Source: an uncultured Alphaproteobacteria bacterium
GTDB taxonomy: Bacteria; Pseudomonadota; Alphaproteobacteria; Sphingomonadales; Sphingomonadaceae
Length of the DNA: 64,000 bases
Direction of reading: 5' to 3'
Assembly (NCBI GenBank): GCA_963777785.1
Contig: CAVZRU010000003.1
Span: 111,301 to 175,300, forward strand
Positions within the stretch are counted from its first letter, which is position 1. Every line of letters starts with the position of its first letter. The position numbers and the translations under genes were made by a program. The notes below the pieces were generated by a model that did no database searches, had not been told where the DNA came from, and worked only from the letters and a program-made list of their open reading frames with translations. Below, piece by piece: positions 49,144-59,429 of this stretch.

Positions 49144-49442
49144 GATAACCTCCATAACTTTATCAAGATCGCGCTTATAACACATGGGGGGCCAGCGGGT
49201 CGCGGGCCTTCGGTTTCCACGAGATCGATACCAGATTTCCGTACCGGATTCCGGCGCAATCATGCGCGCCTTGCCGGAGCCCGATCTTGACGCTGCCATT
49301 CGCCCGGCCCGCGCCATTTGTGTAATAATTTTTCTGTCTGCCGCATTGGGCCTCGATATGCCGATCCACTATGCCCGGGATTTATCGCAGACGACAAATT
49401 GATACTGTAGAGCCGCGAACATCTCAATTAGTGGACTGCCCG

Positions 49443-49979
49443 ATGAGCCGCATTCCCTATCCCTCGATGGACGATCTGTCGGAAGTGAAGCGCCGCCGCA
49501 TCTTCCATCCGTCGCGCAAATACATTCTCAACGTCTCCAGGATGGCGCTGCACATGCCCGACGCCTTGTGGGACGCACAGGCGGAGCTCGGACGCCGGAC
49601 AACCTACGAATGCGAGATGCTCCCCCGGCTGCGCGAAATCGTGGTGGTGCGGATCGGCTGGCTGCAGCAATCCGAATACGAGCTGTTCCACCATCACGCG
49701 ATCGCGCTGAATGCCGGTGTGACCGAAGAAGAAATCGCCGCCCTGCAGACTGACGATCTGTCCATTTTCTCCAAGGAAGAACAGGCGCTTATTGCCTATA
49801 CTTCCGAAGTGACAATGAACGTGTCGCCCAGCGACGAGACGCTCGCCGCGGCCCGCGCCTGCTATCCCGACAGCCTGCTGTTCGAAGTGATCGGCCTGAT
49901 CGGCAGTTACATGATGACAGCGCGCCTCGCCGCGGTTGGCGGAGTGGAAAATGACGAAGAAGCGGTCGCCAAATGGTGA
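49443..49979 (+). CDS. CMD/AhpD-like protein (copy 2)
   Basis: MSRIPYP, LREIVVVR...SEYELFHH. Confidence 0.85.
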   Translation: MSRIPYPSMDDLSEVKRRRIFHPSRKYILNVSRMALHMPDALWDAQAELGRRTTYECEMLPRLREIVVVRIGWLQQSEYELFHHHAIALNAGVTEEEIAALQTDDLSIFSKEEQALIAYTSEVTMNVSPSDETLAAARACYPDSLLFEVIGLIGSYMMTARLAAVGGVENDEEAVAKW

Positions 49980-50003
49980 GCGCGCGGCGTCCGGGAAGCC
50001 GAT

Positions 50004-51806
50004 ATGAGCGATAGTGCCATCACACAGGAACTGCGCGGCTGGCTGGCCGAATTCGAGGCTGCGCTCACGCGGCGGGATGTGGCGGCGGCCACCGCGATGT
50101 TCGACCCCGCAGAGTGCTTCTGGCGCGACCTCGTGGGTTTCACCTGGAACATCGCCACGATGGACGGCGCCGATGCGATCGAAGCGATGCTGGGCGCACA
50201 GCTCGCGCAGGCGCTGCCCGTAAGTTTCACGCTCCAGGGCGATGCGGTCCAGACCGACGACGCCATCGAAGGCTGGTTCCGCTTCGAAACCGGCGTCGCA
50301 CGCGGCACGGGCCATGTCCGCCTGCGAGACGGCCGCTGCTGGACTTTGCTGACCTCCACGGAGGAACTCAAGGGGTTCGAGGAACCTGCCGGCCGAAGGC
50401 GGCCTGAAGGTATCGAGCACCGGCCCATGAAAGTCCGCCAGACCTGGACCGACGAGCAGGAAGAACGCCGGCGCACGCTGGGCGTGGAAGTGCAGCCATA
50501 TTGCCTGATCGTCGGCGGCAGCCAGGGCGGACTGGCGCTGGCCGCGCGGCTCAAGCGCCTGAACGTTCCGACGCTGATCGTCGATGCGTTGGAACGGCCC
50601 GGCGATGCGTGGCGCAGCCGCTACAAATCCCTCTATCTGCATGATCCGATCTGGGTCGATCATCTGCCTTATCTCCCGTTCCCGGATCACTGGCCGGTCT
50701 ACACCGCCAAGGACAAGATGGGCGACTGGCTGGAGGCCTATGCCAAGGTCATGGAGCTCGATTTCTGGGGCTCCACTCGCTGCACCGGCGCCAGCTACGA
50801 CGAAAAGGAAAGCCGCTGGACGGTCAGGCTCGAGCGGGAAGGGCAGGAAATCGTGGTCCACCCGGCGCAGTTCGTGCTCGCCACCGGCCTGTCGGGTATG
50901 CCGCACATGCCGCATTTTCCCGGCGAGGAAACCTTCGAAGGGCCGCGCCTGCATTCGAGCGAATATCAGAACAACGAAGGTTTCGCCGGCAAGAAGTGCG
51001 TCATCATCGGCGCAAACAATTCGGCGCATGACATCGCCGTGGATCTTTGGACAAACGATGCCGATGTGACGATGATCCAGCGTTCGCCAACCACGGTGGT
51101 GCGGGTCCAGGCGATGCGCAAGATCGCCGATCGAGGGCCTTTCTCCGAGAACGGACTGGCTGCGGGAATTGACACCGGCCGCGCCGATCTGATCCTGGCT
51201 TCCTATCCCTTCCGCCTCAAGGAGCGGATCGACCGGCGGAATTGCGAACAGTTCCAGATCGAGGATGCGGATTTCTACGCCAGGCTCGAGGCAAGCGGAT
51301 TCATGTTGGATTTCGACGTCGATAATACGGCGATCGGCGGCAAGTACATGCGCCGCGCGTCGGGATATTATATCGATGTCGGCGGCTCGGACCTGATTGC
51401 GAAAGGCGAGATCAAGGTCCGCAGCAAGGTGGGCGTAAGCGAAGTGCGTCCGCGATCTGTGGTGCTTTCGGACGGCAGTGAGCTGGAGGCCGATGCGATC
51501 TTTTACGGCACTGGCTACGGCCCGATGGACAGCTGGGCGGAAATACTCATCTCGAAGGAGGTCCGGGCCAAGGTCGGCCATTGCTGGGGCCTCGGCTCCG
51601 GCACTTCAGGCGATCCCGGGCCGTGGGAAGGGGAACTGCGCAACATGTGGAAGCCCACCGGTCAGCCGGGCCTGTGGTTCCATGGCGGAAACCTGGCGCA
51701 GTCGCGTTTCCACTCGCTGCATCTCGCGCTGCAGATCAAGGCGCGGATGGAAGGGCTGGAGACGCCGGTCTACCAGCCCGCACCCTATCAGCGCGTGCTG
51801 GGCTGA
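50004..51806 (+). CDS. Flavin-containing monooxygenase with an N-terminal extension (type II FMO-like)
   Basis: WRD...FTW N-terminal domain, GGSQGG, WRSRY.SL.LH, F.G...HSS, IGANNSAHD, GGYY-like, FHGGN. Confidence 0.9.
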   Translation: MSDSAITQELRGWLAEFEAALTRRDVAAATAMFDPAECFWRDLVGFTWNIATMDGADAIEAMLGAQLAQALPVSFTLQGDAVQTDDAIEGWFRFETGVARGTGHVRLRDGRCWTLLTSTEELKGFEEPAGRRRPEGIEHRPMKVRQTWTDEQEERRRTLGVEVQPYCLIVGGSQGGLALAARLKRLNVPTLIVDALERPGDAWRSRYKSLYLHDPIWVDHLPYLPFPDHWPVYTAKDKMGDWLEAYAKVMELDFWGSTRCTGASYDEKESRWTVRLEREGQEIVVHPAQFVLATGLSGMPHMPHFPGEETFEGPRLHSSEYQNNEGFAGKKCVIIGANNSAHDIAVDLWTNDADVTMIQRSPTTVVRVQAMRKIADRGPFSENGLAAGIDTGRADLILASYPFRLKERIDRRNCEQFQIEDADFYARLEASGFMLDFDVDNTAIGGKYMRRASGYYIDVGGSDLIAKGEIKVRSKVGVSEVRPRSVVLSDGSELEADAIFYGTGYGPMDSWAEILISKEVRAKVGHCWGLGSGTSGDPGPWEGELRNMWKPTGQPGLWFHGGNLAQSRFHSLHLALQIKARMEGLETPVYQPAPYQRVLG

Positions 51807-51834
51807 CTTTCGCAGCCCAGCACCGCGCCTGCGG

Positions 51835-53517
51835 TCAGGGCGTCCAGGCGGATTCCGCCAAGGCTTGCTGATCCGTAATCACTTCCACGATGACCGGCTC
51901 CTTGAGAGTTAGGGCTTCGCGCAAAGTGTCCGCCACATCGGCGGGATCTTCCACGCGGAACGCCTTCACGCCGAAGCCTTCCGCCACGGTCTGGAAATTG
52001 ACCTTCGAAAAGCTCCAGTGATGTTCGTAAGTGGGGTTGCCGTTCCAGGCCGGGATTTCCTGGTTGAAGGCGCTGTTGTTGTTGACCACCGTCACCGTGT
52101 TGATGCCGTGGCGCTTGGCGGTTTCCATTTCCGATAGGTGATAGAAGAATGCGCCGTCGCCATTGAAACACACGACCGGCCGGTCCGGGCAGGCGCATTT
52201 GCCGCCGAGCGAGGCGGGGTAGGACCAGCCGAGCGATCCCGCGGCGCGAAACAGCCGCTGGGTCGGCTTCTCCAGGTAGATGTTCTTGGCTGCCCAATCT
52301 CCCGAATGGCCAGTGTCGACGTACAGCAGCGCATCGTCGGGCAGGACATCGGAAATCGTGCGGCAGAGCATTTCGGGCCGGATGGGGGCAGTGTTCCTGG
52401 TCTCCATTTCGGCGGCGCTCTGGCGCCAGTCCGCGCGGCCACGTGCCACGCGTTCGAGCCATGCAGAACGGTCCGGCTGCGCGCCGACAGCGGCGGTGAG
52501 CTGTTCCAGCACGGTTGCCGGATCGCCGCACAGGCCGGCGAGCAACGGATAGTTGCGGCCCAGCTCCAGCGGATCGACGTCGATCTGGATCGCGTCGATG
52601 CCGGGCTTGGGCACGGTCCAGACCGTGCTGATCATGGAGCCTGTGGTGGTGCCCACAAAGATCGCCAGATCGGCCTCGGCGACCGTCATATTGGCGGTCT
52701 TGCGCGAGTAGGTGCCGATAACGCCGATGGAAAGCGGATCGCTTTCGGCCATGACTTCCTTCGCATCGAGCGAAGTGGCGACCGGAATGCCCGTCTTTTG
52801 GGCAAAGGCGCGCAATTGTGCCTGCGCCCCGCTGTTGCGAATGCCCGATCCGGCAAGAATGACGGGCTTCTTGGCCTTGGCGATGATCTTCAGAGCCGCT
52901 TCGACCTGTTCGGACGGTGCGGAATGCCGAATGGCGGGCGCGCGCGCATAGGTCGTGTCAGGAAGCAGGGCGCCCGGAATCTCACCGTTGAGCACTGCGC
53001 CGATGTGGTTGTCGAGCTCCAGATGGACCGGGCCATTCGAGCCGGTTGTCGCCATACGCATGGCCTGGCCCAGCAGGTCGGGGAAGCGCGAAACGTGATC
53101 CACCCGGGCGCTATACTTGGTCATCGCGGCCCACACCGGCTGCTGATCGATATCCTGGTAATAGTTTCGATAGCGCGTTTCCGGCGTGCTGCCGCCGGTC
53201 AGGGCCAGGATCGGGCTGCGCGCCATATAGCCATCCAGCATGGCCGCTGCGAGATTGGAGGAACCGATGTTCTGCGCGGCGCAGAAGGCCAGCTTGCCCG
53301 ATGCCCTGGCGTAGCCATCGGCCATATAGGCGATGCCTTTTTCGGAATGGCCGGCGATCGGGTGAATGCCCAGCGATTCCATTTCCATGATCGCTTCGGG
53401 CAGGACCATCGGCATGTAGAACAGATAGTCCGCACCGCAATGCTTCATGGCCTCGGCAAGATACCGGTTGCCGGTCTGTTTGCCGGACGTGCTCATTTTC
53501 TTCGGTTCGCTAGACAT
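51835..53517 (-). CDS. ThDP-dependent enzyme (copy 2)
   Basis: YMADGYAR, GPVHL, GSLGW, GDG...NN. Confidence 0.92.
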   Translation of the reverse strand: MSSEPKKMSTSGKQTGNRYLAEAMKHCGADYLFYMPMVLPEAIMEMESLGIHPIAGHSEKGIAYMADGYARASGKLAFCAAQNIGSSNLAAAMLDGYMARSPILALTGGSTPETRYRNYYQDIDQQPVWAAMTKYSARVDHVSRFPDLLGQAMRMATTGSNGPVHLELDNHIGAVLNGEIPGALLPDTTYARAPAIRHSAPSEQVEAALKIIAKAKKPVILAGSGIRNSGAQAQLRAFAQKTGIPVATSLDAKEVMAESDPLSIGVIGTYSRKTANMTVAEADLAIFVGTTTGSMISTVWTVPKPGIDAIQIDVDPLELGRNYPLLAGLCGDPATVLEQLTAAVGAQPDRSAWLERVARGRADWRQSAAEMETRNTAPIRPEMLCRTISDVLPDDALLYVDTGHSGDWAAKNIYLEKPTQRLFRAAGSLGWSYPASLGGKCACPDRPVVCFNGDGAFFYHLSEMETAKRHGINTVTVVNNNSAFNQEIPAWNGNPTYEHHWSFSKVNFQTVAEGFGVKAFRVEDPADVADTLREALTLKEPVIVEVITDQQALAESAWTP

Positions 53518-54250
53518 CCTCGATCCTCCTGGCGCTGACACGCGCCTGTGCGCCGTCGCCTTCGACGATCGGCAATGCTGAAAACTGGAATTCCACTCGC
53601 TCTCCGGCGAGTTGGGCGTGGTTTGTGAGATGTTCGCAAATCAATATGCCATTTGCGAGCAGCACTTTGTGCACCGGCCAGTCGAAGCCGGGTTCCCGCA
53701 AGTGATACACCAGGTCGGGCGTAGCAAAGTCGCAGGCCAGCAGCTTGATCCGCTTGTCCAGCAGCCAAACAGCGGCCTCGGGGCTGAAGCTGGGATGCCG
53801 GTCGTATTCCTCGGTGCCGAAGCGCTTCGCCCAGCCGGTATCGACTGCCAATATGTCGCCTTCGCGCAGGAGCGGGCGGGCCTGCTCCAGATCGGCCACA
53901 TCGATGACCTCGTCCAGATCCTTCGCGATATGCCAGACGACGCCGGTCCCGCAGAGCCGGTCGAGCGGGATGGACGCCATGTCGGGCGCGTCTTCGAAAT
54001 AATGCAGCGGTGCATCCACATGAGTGCCCGCATGCGCAACCATGTGGATTTCGGTGACGTTGAAAGGATCGTCGGGAAGGGAGCGCAGCTTGTTGAAGTG
54101 CGGCTTGGGAAAGATCGTGGCGCAAGGCATGTCCGGCCCGACCTGGTGCGTCAGGTCGATCCACGGGCCGGTGGGTTGGCAAGGCTTCGCTTCCGGAAGG
54201 TCGATCCAACCGATCCAGCCACTGGGAACCTTGGGACACATCTCGCACAT
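53510..54250 (-). CDS. Cyclase family metal-dependent hydrolase (kynurenine formamidase-like)
   Basis: HAGTHVDAP.H, TGW, H..LL, E.L.N, GDGA..R. Confidence 0.92.
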   Translation of the reverse strand: MCEMCPKVPSGWIGWIDLPEAKPCQPTGPWIDLTHQVGPDMPCATIFPKPHFNKLRSLPDDPFNVTEIHMVAHAGTHVDAPLHYFEDAPDMASIPLDRLCGTGVVWHIAKDLDEVIDVADLEQARPLLREGDILAVDTGWAKRFGTEEYDRHPSFSPEAAVWLLDKRIKLLACDFATPDLVYHLREPGFDWPVHKVLLANGILICEHLTNHAQLAGERVEFQFSALPIVEGDGAQARVSARRIEDV

Positions 54251-54255
54251 AGGCT

Positions 54256-54807
54256 TTACTCCTTGGGCGGCGTATCCCAGCTCTTCACGGCTTCGGCATC
54301 GGGTTCGACGCCGGTGACGCCGATCATCATCGCAGTGCCGTAATAGCTCGCGATAATGGCGGTCATCTCCAGCACTATCGGATCGCCGAACATTTCGCGG
54401 ACTTTCGCCAGCGTCTCGTCCGACGGCCTCAGCTTCAGCACGACTTCGTCGGTGAACTCGGCGACCGCGCGCTCCTCTTCGGTGAGCAGGTCATAATTCT
54501 GGGTCCGGATCGCTTCCTGCTGCTCCGGCGTGAAGCCCATATTGGCGGAGATCGAGATATGATGATGGATCTCGTACTCGCTATTGGCGCAGAAGGCGGT
54601 GCGCATGATCAGGACTTCGCGCAACCACTTGTCCATCGTGGTGCCTTTTACTGCGGCCTCCTTCAGCGCGAAGTGGCCGCTCCACAGGCTGTCCGGTATG
54701 TGAAGGGCGACCTTGGTGATGTTCAGCAGCTTGCGGTCGGGCCAGCCGATCGCATCCTTCTTTTCCTGAGAGAGGCTGTCCATGTCTGGGTAGGGGATTC
54801 TGGGCAT
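54256..54807 (-). CDS. CMD/AhpD-like protein (copy 3)
   Basis: MPRIPYP, LREVLIMR...SEYEIHHH. Confidence 0.85.
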   Translation of the reverse strand: MPRIPYPDMDSLSQEKKDAIGWPDRKLLNITKVALHIPDSLWSGHFALKEAAVKGTTMDKWLREVLIMRTAFCANSEYEIHHHISISANMGFTPEQQEAIRTQNYDLLTEEERAVAEFTDEVVLKLRPSDETLAKVREMFGDPIVLEMTAIIASYYGTAMMIGVTGVEPDAEAVKSWDTPPKE

Positions 54808-56295
54808 CAGGTTTGTACCGCGAACGGGTCGCGCTCCTCTTCCGAAAGGTTGATCATCACATTCTTGGTGGTGAGGAACTCGTTCATTCCTTCCTCGCCC
54901 CGTTCACGGCCGTAGCCGCTGTCTTTCACGCCGCCGAACGGCGTCTGCGCTGCGACCGCGCGGTAAGTGTTGACCCAGACCATGCCGGTGCGCAGCTCTG
55001 CCGAAACGCGGTGCATGCGGTTGAGGCTTTGGGTCCAGATGCCTGATGCCAGGCCGAAATTGGTGTCGTTGGCAATGGTGAGCGCCTCTTCCTCCGTTTC
55101 GAAGGGGATGACCGAGAGGACCGGGCCGAAGATCTCTTCGCGCGCCACGCGCATGTCGTTGCTGACATCGGCGAAGATCGTCGGCTGGACGAACAGGCCG
55201 TCCTTCAACTCGCCTTCGCGTGCGGCATCGCCGCCGGTCATCAGGCGGGCGCCGTCGCCGCGTGCGGAACGGATGAAGGACAGGATGCGTTCGAACTGCG
55301 GCTCGTTGGCGGCAGTGCCCATTTCGGTGGTCAGATCGAGCGGGTTGCCCAGCTTGATCTTCTTCGCCCGTTCGACCAGCCCATCGACCACGCGCTGATA
55401 GACGGGGCGCTGCACCAGCAGGCGCGAGCCGGCGATGCAGGTCTGCCCGGTTGCGGCGAAGATGCCCGCCAGCGCGCCGACCGTGGCCTTGTCGATGTCT
55501 GCATCGTCGAAGATGATGTTGGGCGACTTGCCGCCGAGTTCGAGCACGACCGGGGTGAGGTTGCGCGCGGCGGCGGCGGCGATCTCGCGCCCGCCTACGC
55601 CGCTGCCGGTGAAGCTGATCTTGTCGAGCCCGCCGCCTTCGACCAGCGCCTTGCCCGTGCGCACATCGCCGGTGATCACGTTGACCGTGCCGCGCGGGAA
55701 GCCCGGCTTCCTCCACCAGTTTGGCGAATTCGAGCGTGGTGACCGAAGCGTGTTCGGACGGCTTGATCACCACCGTGTTGCCCGCGGCGAGCGCGGCGGG
55801 CAGCTTGTTGCCGAGCAGCGCGATCGGGGAGTTCCAGGCCGTGATGATGCCGATCACGCCGAGCGGCTCCATCGTCGCGTAATCGAAATGGTCGCGCCGA
55901 TCGAGCGGGATGACCTTGCCGAAGATCTTGTCGGCATAGCCGGCGAAGAAGCGGAAGGTGCGGGCGACGAAGCGCATCTGGGCGCGGGTTTCGCGCACGA
56001 TCTTGCCATTGTCGGTCGATTCGAGCGTGCCCATGCGCTCGGCATCGCGTTCCAGCAGGTCCGCCAGGCGGTTCATCAGCCGGCCGCGTTCCAGCCCGGA
56101 CGTCTTGCGCCAGTCGCGCTCGAAGCAGTCGCGCGCGGCGGCCACGGCGGCCGCGACGTCGCTTTCGCCTGCCTGCGCGATCGTGGCCCAGGGCTGCTGA
56201 TTGAAGGGATTCAGGGACTGAAAGCGCTCACCCGATGCAGGTGCAACCCATTCGCCGTCGATATAGAGATCGTAATCGCTCGACGCCGACGCCAA
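54807..56295 (-). CDS. Aldehyde dehydrogenase, +1 frameshift near 55703
   Basis: WN.P, KPSE, FTGS, LELGGKSP, GQTC.AGSR, EEIFGPV, PFGG.K.SG. Confidence 0.93.
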
Positions 56296-56490
56296 ATCAA
56301 TTCTCCCATGGTATTTCGCTTCGCCTAGGCGCGGGCCAGCATGGCTGCCAATCAATTTCTACCCTACAAGCATAACTCTTCCGCATGGCGGCGCATGGCA
56401 TGCCGTGGCGCTATGCCGGATGCCGACATTGAATTGGAATGCATGCTGGTTGCGGCTAGGACCTTGCGCAACAAGCAAAGGGACGGAATT

Positions 56491-58146
56491 ATGCCAGGTG
56501 CTGCCGATCGCGACGACGGCGCGTATGATTTCATCGTAGTGGGCGCCGGATCGGCGGGCTGCGCCGTGGCCAACCGCCTGTCGGAGGACGGCAAGGACCG
56601 CGTGCTCCTGATCGAGGCGGGCCGCAGCGACAACGATATCAACATCCACATCCCGCTGATGGTGGTGAACCTGCTGAAGGACCCGCAGTTCACCTGGCCC
56701 TTCGTCACCGAGCCGCAGGCCGCGCTGAACAACCGCACCCAGCTGTGGACGCGCGGGCGGATGCTCGGCGGATCGAGCTCGATCAACGGCAATGTCTATG
56801 TGCGCGGCGATCCGGGCGAGTTCGACAGCTGGGAAGGCATGGGGCTGCCCGGCTGGAGCTGGGCGGAGATGCTGCCCTATTTCAAGAAGATGGAAAGCTA
56901 TCCTCAAGGCGATCCTGAAACGCGCGGGCATGACGGGCCCATCCATGTGACGAGCCTGGAGAATTTCGACGAGCTGGCCGACGGCTTCGTGCAGGCGGCG
57001 GGGGAAGCCGGCTTCGAGATCGTCAAGGATTACAATGACGGCCACTATGAAGGGGCCGCCTATTTGCAATATTCCACCAAGCGGGGCTTCCGCTCCTCAT
57101 CCGCGGTCGGTTATCTGCGCCCTGCGCGCAATCGGCAGAATCTCGATATACGTACCGACGCACTCGTCACCCGCGTCCTGTTCGAGGATCGCCGCGCCAT
57201 CGGCGTCGAGATCCTGCATGAGGGCAAGCTGCGCCAGATCGGCGCGCGCAAGGAAGTCATCATATCGGCCGGCCCGGTGCAGTCGCCCAAGATCCTCGAG
57301 CTGTCGGGGATCGGCAATGGCGACATCCTGCGCGAACATGGCATCGAGGTGGTGCAGGATCTGCCCGGAGTGGGCGAATGCCTGCAGGATCACCCGAACA
57401 CGCGCCTGACTTTCGAATGCAACAAGCCGATCACCATCAACGATGTGCTGCAGAACCCGATCGCGAAAGTGCGCGAAGGGCTGAAATGGGGGCTGTTCGG
57501 CAAGGGGTTGCTGTCGATCTGTTCGGCCACCGCCCATGTCGTGATGCGCAGTTCCCCCGATGAGCCGCGCCCGGACCTCAAGATCCAGCTCCAGCCATTT
57601 TCCGGCAAGGATCGCTATGCGCGGCGGCCCCAGGATGGGCTCGACGCCCATTCCGGCTTCACCGTGGGCGTCATGGGATTGCGCCCGAGATCGCAGGGCT
57701 GGACGCATATCGCATCGCCCGATCCTTCGGTCTATCCCAAGATCGATCCCAAATATCTCGACGATCCGCATGACGCCGATGTGCTGCTTGCCGGCATCAA
57801 GGCCGTGCGCAAGGTCGCCAGCTATCCCTCGATGGACCGGCTGATCGTGCGTGAGACGCGGCCCGGCCCCGATGCGCAGACTGACGCGGAGATCCTCGAT
57901 TACATCCGCGAGACCACGCAGACCACCTGGCATATCGTGGGCAGTTGCATGGCCGGAACGCATGATCGTGCCGTGGTGGATCCGGATTTGCGCGTGCGCG
58001 GGGTATCCGGCCTGAGAGTGATCGACAGTTCGGTTTTCCCCACTATCCCTTCCTCGAACACCAATGCGCCCACCATCGCCCTGGGAGAGAAGGGCGCGGA
58101 GATGGTGCTGGATAGCTGGCGCAACACCGGAAAGGCCGCAGCCTGA
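56491..58146 (+). CDS. GMC oxidoreductase (choline dehydrogenase-like)
   Basis: GAGSAG, RG..LGGSSSING, LQDH, H..G.C, NTNAP. Confidence 0.93.
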   Translation: MPGAADRDDGAYDFIVVGAGSAGCAVANRLSEDGKDRVLLIEAGRSDNDINIHIPLMVVNLLKDPQFTWPFVTEPQAALNNRTQLWTRGRMLGGSSSINGNVYVRGDPGEFDSWEGMGLPGWSWAEMLPYFKKMESYPQGDPETRGHDGPIHVTSLENFDELADGFVQAAGEAGFEIVKDYNDGHYEGAAYLQYSTKRGFRSSSAVGYLRPARNRQNLDIRTDALVTRVLFEDRRAIGVEILHEGKLRQIGARKEVIISAGPVQSPKILELSGIGNGDILREHGIEVVQDLPGVGECLQDHPNTRLTFECNKPITINDVLQNPIAKVREGLKWGLFGKGLLSICSATAHVVMRSSPDEPRPDLKIQLQPFSGKDRYARRPQDGLDAHSGFTVGVMGLRPRSQGWTHIASPDPSVYPKIDPKYLDDPHDADVLLAGIKAVRKVASYPSMDRLIVRETRPGPDAQTDAEILDYIRETTQTTWHIVGSCMAGTHDRAVVDPDLRVRGVSGLRVIDSSVFPTIPSSNTNAPTIALGEKGAEMVLDSWRNTGKAAA

Positions 58147-59323
58147 TGCGTATCGAGCGGATAGAAGTCTTCGTCACGGAATTGCCGGTACGCCTCAAGC
58201 GTACCTTTTCCAGCGGCAGCTATGATACCGGGCCGAAGGATCAGTTGCTGGGCAAACCCGTATTGGTGAAAATCCATGCGGAAGGCGTGACGGGCATTGC
58301 CCAGATCAGGCCGATCAGTCCCGGCCATTTCGTGGCTGATACGGTTCACAGCGTGGTTGCGGCAATCAAGGAGATTTACGGGCCGCTGCTGATCGGGCGC
58401 CGACTGGCCGATTTCGAAGGCCATGATGCTCTGCTGACATCGCGGCTCGCCGGCAATCCCGCCGCGCGCGCAGTGCTGGACATCGCCTTGCACGATGCGC
58501 TTGGCAAGGCGCTGGGCGTGCCGGTGCACGACCTGCTCGGCGGCCGTTCGAACGATGTAATTCCCCTCGAATGGTCGATCAGCCTCTATGAGGATCCGGC
58601 CCTGATCGTTGCCGATGCCCTCAAGGCAGTGGATGAATTCGGAATTCGGGTGCTGTGCATCAAGGCCGCGGGCAAGAGCGGCTGGCGCCAGGATGTCGCG
58701 CAATTTCGAAGCCGTCCGCGCGGCGGTGGGGCCGGACGTGCTGATCGGCGTCGATCCGAACACGGGCTGGACCGTTGCCGAAACCATCCAGGCGCTGGCG
58801 GCGATGCGCGATTTCGATGTCGGCTATTGCGAGCAGCCGGTTGAGCGGAGGAACCTGGCCGGCATGGCGGAAATCAGGCGCCAGGCCGGCGGCGTGCCGA
58901 TCATGGTCGATGAAAGCCTGTTCACCATCCAGGATGCGGCCGCACATCGTGGCCGCCGGTGCGGCCGATGTCTTCTGCGTGAAGCTGTACAAGGTTGGCG
59001 GCCTGCTGCCGGCGCGCAAGATCGCCGCGATTGCGGAGGCCAATGACATCGGCATCAATAGCGGCGGCCTGGCGGTGGCATCGGCGATCGAAGCGGCGGC
59101 TGCGCTGCATTATTGCACTTCCATCCCGGCCTCGCGCACCTTCGGCGCCGCGGAATTCGTATTCGGCGCTGGCGTGCTGGGGGCCGATCCGCTTGTGGCG
59201 GAAGGCGGCCTGACGATCGAAAACGGCGCAGTGGCGGTGTCCGATCGTCCCGGCCTGGGCCTGGTCATCGACGAACAGGCGCTCGAACGCATGACCCTGA
59301 GCCACACGGCGATTTCAGCCTAG
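58146..59323 (+). CDS. Mandelate racemase/MLE family enzyme, +1 frameshifts near 58700 and 58940
   Basis: DIALHDA.GK..G.PV..LLGG, VDPN.GW, EQP, DES, K..KVGG, PGLG. Confidence 0.88.
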
Positions 59324-59339
59324 AGCTGGTTCGTCCATT

Positions 59340-59416
59340 GTCTGCGAGCGGCAGAGCGCGCGGCAATCCAGGGCGCAAGTCGGACAGTGGATTGCTTCGC
59401 TGCGCTCGCAATGACG
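59340..59416. repeat. REP-like doublet, family A, between convergent genes
   Basis: TGCGAG...GCAATCCA / TGGATTGCTTCG...CTCGCAATGACG. Confidence 0.75.
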
Positions 59417-59429
59417 AAGCTTCAAGCGG

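Noticed and set aside
49428-51581. 717-aa antisense ORF, and similar ones at 5921-7657, 23228-24730, 52138-53538 and 61938-63281
   Set aside because: Shadow ORFs opposite well-supported genes, expected in GC-rich DNA, with no recognisable motifs
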